A stretch of DNA of 64,000 nucleotides from Octopus vulgaris (lineage: Eukaryota): assembly GCA_951406725.2 (NCBI GenBank), contig OX597823.1, positions 105,896,001 to 105,960,000 on the forward strand. The letters are read 5' to 3'. Shown here piece by piece: positions 56,091-64,000 of the stretch (position 1 is its first letter; the number at the start of each line of letters is the position of its first letter). A program made the translations under genes and the position numbers. Below the pieces are notes generated by a model that was not told the DNA's origin, did not search any database, and worked only from the letters and a program-made list of their open reading frames with translations.

Positions 56091-56615
56091 ATATTGAAAT
56101 AAATACGTTCTCTAGTAGCAAGCACTAACCGCAGTGAATTAGTTACTGCAGTTCTTCGCTTCAGGAATTCTTCAGCGCGCCGGAACTAAGACATTTGAAA
56201 TTTTATTCCTAATGTAATCGGCAAAACTAAACACGTGTCTGTTTTGGCACAGAAAGCTGGGGTTAGTTTTTTTCAAATTGCATTTACACTGAACAATTGT
56301 ACTGATGAAGCCACGGACATTTGAATTATGTAAGTAATTCTTATGTATAAGACCGAAACCGAGGTATGCAATTAATTCTGTTTTTTACATAAATTTTCAT
56401 CTGTCCTGCCCGCCAAATTTGGTTCTGGTGTTCGCTGAATTCTTCCTCTAGAGAACTTTCTTTCTAGTATGATCGTTGATGATCTATTTCTAGCACACGG
56501 CCGACTACCTAGCAGTCTTGCCTTGCCAATATACACATATATTAGAATTTTCTCTGATTTTTCAGATTTTTTGTATGCTGGACTACTGGTTTTAAATTGA
56601 TATTGAAATTAATAT
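56091..56615 (+). mobile_element. Non-coding HHR-carrying insert (retrozyme-like monomer) between (TA)n tracts
   Basis: Unique island of about 520 bp with a central HHR. A weak terminal direct repeat atattgaaat occurs at 56091 and 56600. Confidence 0.5.
56295..56373 (+). ncRNA. Type I hammerhead ribozyme with extended domain II
   Basis: Stem I aattgta/tgcaatt. CTGATGA 56302-08. Domain II 56309-54 contains acat-tt-gaatta-[tgtaag]-taattc-tt-atgt. GAAA 56355-58, then C-cgag-G, with cleavage triplet GTA 56364-66. Confidence 0.75.
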
Positions 56616-56636
56616 TAATTTATCTCCCTCATTATT

Positions 56637-56743
<107 letters not shown>

Positions 56744-57975
56744 ACATATATACGTGTGCGTACGTGTGTAAATACATACATACATACATACATACATACA
56801 TACATACATACATACATACATACATACATACATACAAATATACATCCATACCTACCTGCATACATACATATGCATATATCAAAATAGCAGCTAAAATTTA
56901 AATCTCCGATTGGTCTCGAACTTAGTATTTCTCTGGATTTTGAACAACCGACTTACAGATTATACTACAGGTCGCCAGTCAACCCCTATATTTCTCCCCC
57001 TCTCTCTCGCTCTTTCATTCTCCCTCCCTCCATCCCCCTCTCTCTCTCAAATTATGCTACTTATATTTTAGTTGTTTAAACTAACACTCCAGCCTCCATA
57101 AATATCACATTTGTTTCAAATACAATTTGTCAGTTATTCACTCGACATACGTGTTCTTAGTTGTTGCTCATGGTAAGTAGCTATGCGAATACGTGTTATT
57201 TGATTGAGTATAATCTGTTGTTTATACCTATAGTTTGTTTACATGTGTATATAGATTCTGCGGTGTGTGAGACACCCAACGCGTGTTTCAATGAATATAC
57301 GAATATGTTTGTAAATGTGTAAGCGTTTCTGTACTGAGATATGAGTGTGTCTTTATAAGTGTATGTGTGGTTTAATCACTTGTTCTTTGCCATTTGAAAA
57401 TACTTCTCCCAGCTGTCAAACACTAATTTTGCCTGTGACGTCATACTGTTTTATAGCTAACTATGACGTCAATGGAAAATTGCCAACATTTCTCTGTTTA
57501 AAATACTTGAAATCTAGTTTTGGGATATGTATGTTATGTATGTATACCCCCATGTGTGTGTCAGTGTGTGAAAGTGGGAGAGAGTGTGTGTGTGCGCGCC
57601 TTTGTGTGTATGTGCACTCGTGTGTGTATACCGATACATACACATACATATATTTATAATTATAAGTAAATGGTTACTCACTTGTACATTAAATGTTTTA
57701 CAAAACTGTAAAATACCTATGTGATCATTCAGACGCCTATTCTGAATGGCGATTTAATTGCAAGTTCCTGCTAAAGCCGCTCCTTATTTGTCGCTAATGA
57801 GGTCAATTATTATTGATCAACGTAGATCACGAGGATGAAATTGTTACTGGCTCAAAATTGGGCTGCTGCGATGTAGGGAAATAACTCGGTTGAAAGTTCC
57901 AAGTATTACAGAGGGAACTATACCAGGAGCTGGTACGCAACTACTTCAAAGAAGTCTTGTATGCATAACGTCCTG

Positions 57976-58038
<63 letters not shown>

Positions 58039-58051
58039 TTTATTATATAGA

Positions 58052-58105
58052 AGGAGCTTCTACAGGACTAGAACTGTTTCATTCAAGAGAAATCTTCAGG
58101 AGCTT
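58052..58105 (-). ncRNA. Type I hammerhead ribozyme (inverted partner copy)
   Basis: Exact reverse complement of the core, stem II and stem III of the 58098-58154 HHR. Stem I forms with a 1-nt bulge. Confidence 0.7.
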
Positions 58106-58154
58106 CCTGAAGATTTCTCTTGAATGAAACAGTTCTAGTCCTGTAGAAGCTCCT
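58098..58154 (+). ncRNA. Type I hammerhead ribozyme
   Basis: 9-bp stem I aggagcttc/gaagctcct. CTGAAGA 58107-13. Short stem II ttc-tctt-gaa. GAAA 58126-29. Stem III acag-[ttctagtc]-ctgt. Cleavage triplet GTA 58143-45. Confidence 0.8.
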
Positions 58155-59360
58155 TCTATATAATAAATTAATTTTACTCTGCTATGTATTGAGTACCTTA
58201 TTTACTGTGGTTAACCCCGAATCAACCCGGGACCTACATATATATATATATATATATAATACAGTGTACATTAAAACACATTAAGAGGCTTCCATTATAG
58301 GAATCCTTTACGCTAGAAAGAACAGTTAAAGTCCAAACCACTAATTAGGGATAGATTCTCGAAGGTAATGAAAAATAAAAACATTTACCATCTAATTCCT
58401 GGACTATGGTTTTGAAAAAAATTAAAATGTACAAGCAATGAGACTCATGCTGGATTGGCCTCGTTGCTTGTATATTTAATCTATTTAATCTATTACCCCG
58501 ATATTATTAATTATATATATATATATATATATATTTGTGTGTGTTTGAGTGTGTGACTGTGATTTGTGGTTAATGTGACATTATTATAGTGATGCGAATT
58601 CCCCGTTCTTCTTGAATACCTCTTTGTCTTTAAAAGCAGTATATAGGAAACGTAATATTCAAAATATACAATCCTCTTTCCAGACGCATGTGGAAGAATG
58701 TCCCTTTTTCAAGATAGTATATCTCTAATGCTGATAACCTAGTAAATCAAATTGTGCTTGCATACTTAAAAGCCGCCCTTGCTTCGATAGTTTGCTTTCA
58801 ATCTTCCAGAGTAGTTTAGGACCACTTGAGTACATCAACTGCAAAAGCGTCAAACCGTATATAGTTGATGCATCATCACGTGCTCCATCAATGAGTCGTC
58901 TTTAAGCGGTCGCAACTGAGTTGCATTTCAATATGTCGGACCTGGAAACATCTGTTCCCTCTTAAGCTTTTGTAGATTCTCAATTTCATGTTATATGTCT
59001 TTACCAATGATATCACTCTTGTAGCGTCGGCTTCGTGATATCTAGAATTCTCCATAATTTACAAGTTTTTTTTAGATTCCTTCCCACCAAAACTGTGAGG
59101 AGTATCATTTATATTGGTACTTTTTTCAGGCTGCGTGTCTCTTGTAGGAAAGGTTATTACTCTGTAGTTATATTTTATTATGTGCTTTCATTGTACCACC
59201 GTTGCTTTATGTACCTTGGGTGTGTGTTATGATTTGTTTTAGTGCTGCCATTTTTTACTGTATTGAAAAAACTTTATGTGTGATGCGTGCGGTGCTCCTG
59301 CAGTGCTATTTTCAGTTTGTTTTATATTCGTATGTCCTTGGTTAGTAGTTGTCTTGGCTT

Positions 59361-60198
59361 TCACTCTATTCAATGCCTGCATGGTTTGGTTACTTGTGGA
59401 TCGATGGAAGTGTGATGCACCGATTGGTGAAACTAGAATTACAGCCCTAGACCTTGCTGATGATGCAGTTATTCTTACTTAGTCTCTAGATGTCTTAAGG
59501 AACGACGCTCTCATTTCACTGAATGAAGAAACGGAACAACTTGGCCTTAAAATCTCTTGGGTCTCCACCTCAACTGTCTCTCTTGCAGGGGAGAATGTCG
59601 AAGTTGTTGACCGTTTCACTTATCTCGGCAGTGAGATTCAAAGCGGAATTATCTGCAAATCTGAAAACCTAAAAACACTTGGACGACCGTGTGCAGTTGT
59701 GGAGGCATTTGGTGCTGTCGGCATCTGAGCAAGAAGACAAAGGTTCAGATCTTTAGGTCTCTGGTCCTCACTGTCCTGATCTATAGCTGTGAGATTTGGA
59801 CACTGTCCGTGGCTCTTAGGAGCCGCCTGAACTCCTATGGTACCAGGACGCTTTGCAGGATTATGGGTTATCAGTGGTCGAATTTTGTAGCTAACGAACG
59901 ACTCTACTCAGAAACTTGGATGCGTCCTGTTACTTGTATGATTGGAGAGAGCCAGTTCAGACTGTTTGGCCATTTTGTTTGGTTTTCCGAGTTAGACTCT
60001 GCTTACCGTGCCCTCTTCATTGAAGATCCTGGTGGTTTGGTCGACCACATACCATATGGTCACAGCAGGAGAGGAGGTATAATATGGAGACGGGGACTGA
60101 CAAGGACTCTGCTGGAGAGGTCACCTGAGAGGACCCGGCAACTACTGATAAGTGGCAAATGGATCAACGGGGCATGCTCCTATATCTGACCTGACCTA
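59361..60198 (+). mobile_element. 5'-truncated RTE-clade LINE relic
   Basis: Motifs ITALDLADDAVIL, GLKISW, VEVVDRFTYLGS, TKVQIFRSLVL..LIYSCEIWTL and RLFGH. Ends in a ctgacctgacct tail. Confidence 0.85.
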
Positions 60199-60379
60199 AT
60201 TCAGTAGCTGGCACCGCTTCCAGTATATATAAGTCCAAACTCTGTCATGAGCGTGGACGTTTTCCATCTTGGCTAGGATTGAGCTGCGACAATATGATAT
60301 TTCGTTTCTTCTGCATCCTCACATCACCACATGCTTTGCAGTTATTTCAATCTTTTCTTTGAAACCCGAACTCCTCAAC

Positions 60380-61940
60380 TAAAGTCGAGATTTTAATTTG
60401 TCTATTTCTTTTCTGTCTAGCTTACCCCAGTATTTGCTATGTAAAGGCTTTTCTTGCCATCGTTTTATCCTGGTATTTTGTAGTTCCAGATTTAACTTAG
60501 ATTTTAGTTGCGTTACAGCTTTTGGTGTTTCTTCTTTTTCTTCATAGTAGTCAGGTATTATGAAATCTTTCTTATGATTTTCGGCTTCATTGAAGACAGA
60601 GAACAATATTATTGTTTTGCTCATGCATTGTGGCCATCTGTAACAGTTTTCTTTGGTTCTGAGTCAAATGTGTCTGCATTCCTCTGGTGGATATTTCATA
60701 GTAGCTTTCTAGTTGTATAAGACCTCTGCCACCTTCAGTTCGTTGGATATATCACTTTTCTATATCAGGTTTTGGGTGATGTACTTTAAATTCTGTAATT
60801 ATTTTACTTGTTTTCCTGTCTACTTTGGTTAGTTCAATTAATGTCCAGTTTAGAATATTTTAACTAACTTACAACTAACTTCTAGGACAGCTAGAATATC
60901 GATGTCTATTATCTTATTTTACATATTGAGTTCTGTTTTAAGTATTAATCTTCTTCGTCTATGACATACCTTCTTTATCTTTCATTTGTGTATGTTGCAC
61001 CGCATCTAGTTCATTGATCCATAAGTATCTACATACCTGGAGTTGGTGTTGTTCTCTTATTCAATTCTCCTTTTCTAATTTGATATTGTTATTTTTTTAT
61101 TCTTCCCAAGGTTGTTTTAGCTCATTTTCCTACGCCGAATTTTTTTTATTGCTTTCTTTAGTAAATCTATGCACTGTCTCTTTCAAAGTTTCCAGTTCTT
61201 AATTATTTGCAACATACATCTAAAGATCATTCATATACAAAACATGCTTGATTTTTTACCATAGTAGTTGTATCCATATCTATTTCTGTTTAGCATGTCA
61301 ATTGAAGACGTTAGTGCCAGACAGAAAAAGAGTGGGGAGAACGAGTCCCCTTGGAATATTCTTCTTCTAATGGGAATGGGTTTAGTTTTTATTATTCCCT
61401 CTTTTGTTTTTTGCTGCAGAATTGATTGCCTTTATTCATGACGTGTTTTATATCCTATGATTATTGGTGCTACTTTGATCATGGTTAGTGTTTCCAGGGT
61501 CCATGTGTGGAGAATGTTGTCAAAAAATCATCCAGTAATCGATCCAAACCATGCTTAAGCCCTTTTTTCTCTTTCGGCAGTCGTCAGTTATGGCTTCCTT
61601 GATCAATAACTGATATTTACAGTCATATGATGCTCAGCAGCAGCCATTTGCTCTTCGGGAAACAAATTGCTTTCTTCTAGATGTCTGCCTACTCTCTACA
61701 ATATTATTGCAGTTAAGGCCTCCTAGGTTCTAGAAATACAAGTTAAAGGACTATAGTTTGGTGGGCTCGTAATTTCGGTAGATTTGCAAATTAGGAAGGT
61801 TCTCCTTTCTGTGAGCTATTCAGGTGTTACCTTTGGCTCCGTCAGCATCTCAGCGAACTTCGCTGCTAGCGCCTTGTGTGTCTCTATTGAATATTTTTAC
61901 AGGAGGTTAGGAATATTATCGTGTTCTGGTGCCATCCAGT
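60380..61940 (-). mobile_element. R4/Dong-like LINE RT relic
   Basis: Minus-strand motifs IFQGDSFSPLFFCLAL, VLYMNDL and WQEKPLHSKY, with many stops and frameshifts. It abuts a (TTA)n tract at about 61945-62000. Confidence 0.75.
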
Positions 61941-61942
61941 TA

Positions 61943-61994
<52 letters not shown>

Positions 61995-62059
61995 TATTAT
62001 GATGTTGTTTTGCAATAACTGGGTTACCTGTTCCATTGTTATGGGTCCCCTTGAATCCC

Positions 62060-62685
62060 AAGTTATTGCAGTACATGATCCTCACTCTAGATGAAACAGC
62101 TGGGACCTTTGGAACAGTGCAGTGGTGTCCAGTTTAGGGCCCGGTATAACTCGCGATATCAAAGTCTAGTTCCAGCCCCTCCAGGATCTTCCATACATAT
62201 ATCACTGCTTACCTCTCCTGTCTTCGCTCCAGGGAGTAGAGTCGTAGCTCGTTCAGTCTCTCCCAGCAGCTCAGCTGTTCCACTGATGCAATCTTCCTCG
62301 TGTAACATCGCTGAACTGCCTCAAGCCCCGCTGTTAATCTGACACTGTTAGGTGACTAAAGTTGAGAGTAGTAGTCCAAACGGCTGAGGACAAATGTCCT
62401 CCAAAGAACAAGAATAGTTTCCTGGTCACTTATTCTGAAGGTTGCCAGAATCCATCCTGTCATTCGTCTACACGATGCCACCATCTTGGTGATATGCATG
62501 TAAAACATACAAACGTACATAGGTATCATTGTTCATATCAATCCGAGATTACGCACTGTATTTGACCCTGGGTTTGGTTCACCCTTTGCTCCAAAGTATT
62601 GTTATGGTACAAAGTAGCTGGTAGCGGAGGGCTTGGAATTTTCTTACATTAAATTGCGTGTTGTTTTCCTCAGCCCCATTTATGC
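62060..62685 (-). mobile_element. CR1/L2-like LINE relic
   Basis: GAEENNTQFNVRKFQALRY motif resembles the post-RT region of CR1-group LINEs; the remainder is degenerate. Confidence 0.45.
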
Positions 62686-63310
62686 TTGTATGTATGTATG
62701 TATGTATGTATGTATGTATGTATGTATGTATGTATGTATGTATATGTGTGTGTATACATATATATGTATAAATACATACATGCATACATACATATATGTG
62801 TGTGTGTGTGTGCGTATGTGCGTGTCGTGCCCTTGTAGTTCTTTAATCAAAGTTTCCAATGCACGCACTATTATGCAAATTAGACCGACCAGTTTACCTC
62901 TCTCCGATTTCTACACACTATAAATAGGCTACAAACCAGCGATCACTTTGCGGGTAGAAAAGGGCTGGTATTTGTTTGATAAAGGTTTAACAAGATCGAA
63001 CATAACTAGAAAGGAACCAGATCAATGCCACTTTTTGTATCCACGGTTATATAAAAACCCATGATGTAACTACAGTTTTTTTTTTCAGTTTTTTTCGTGA
63101 GACTAAATTGCTTGTTTATTGAAAAAGCTAAACCTTACACTTCGAATCATGCAAATTACACACACATGCACGCAAGCACGTATATATAAATATATATGCA
63201 TCATTTGTGCGCGTGCACGTGTATACATACACACATGCGCACACATACACTCACACACACACATACATCTACATATGCATATCTGCGTGTATATATATAT
63301 ATATATATGA

Positions 63311-63374
<64 letters not shown>

Positions 63375-63484
63375 ATATAGCTATACATTATAAAATATAT
63401 ATTTACTAATGCATATTATACTATATATATATATAGATACATTCGCACAACGCACAAACACACGCATGCACACATGTATATACA

Positions 63485-63526
<42 letters not shown>

Positions 63527-63632
63527 ATCCAAACAAAGGAGAACAAGAAAAAACAATAACGCGAGGACGTGGTACCAGTACTGTATTTTATATATATATA
63601 TACATATATATATACCTACATATATATATATA

Positions 63633-63743
<111 letters not shown>

Positions 63744-64000
63744 AGCTCATCGTATTGTTATGTGATTCATTTCTTTCGAAGAAATTCTACAAAACATTAT
63801 TCGTTTTTTCCTTTTTTGAAGTTAACAAAAGTTTAAGGAGCTCGTCTTCCCCTAACTACAGTGATGTCTTTTAATGGAGCTCCTTACCGTTGTCATGTTA
63901 GGGATCTCCATGGTAACATATCTTTTCATGATTTACTTAAATCTTATGCCACCAAAACACATTGCTTTGCATCTAACTTAATTAGTTGCATTGTGCCGTC

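Larger units (their letters stand above)
58034..58172. repeat. Perfect inverted repeat, 68-bp arms with a 3-nt spacer
   Basis: 58034-58101 is the reverse complement of 58105-58172. The element continues to about 58237 and is flanked by (TA)n. Confidence 0.95.

Overview
AT-rich, microsatellite-dense eukaryotic DNA. The SINE families and repeat landscape resemble an Octopus (coleoid cephalopod) genome; this assignment is an inference. I can support no intact host protein-coding gene, and most listed ORFs are translations of (TA)n, (CA)n, (TACA)n, (TCTA)n or (AAT)n repeats. Supported content: one intact tRNA-Gln(CTG) gene; many tRNA-derived SINEs from about three families; decayed LINEs (RTE, R4/Dong-like, CR1-like); Penelope-like relics; mariner, maT-like and MULE transposase relics; and a non-autonomous Helitron. 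The most notable signal is a set of sequence-unrelated type I hammerhead ribozymes (HHRs) in small non-coding elements, three of them flanked by (TA)n on both sides. They are a 474-bp-unit tandem folded into a spacerless palindrome of about 1.2 kb (25.6-26.8 kb), a monomer of about 510 bp (56.1-56.6 kb), a back-to-back HHR pair (58.0-58.2 kb) and a minimal Penelope-type HHR (29.0 kb). Two of these HHRs have unusually long domain II arms. All base pairings were worked out by eye, and no catalysis or database match was tested.
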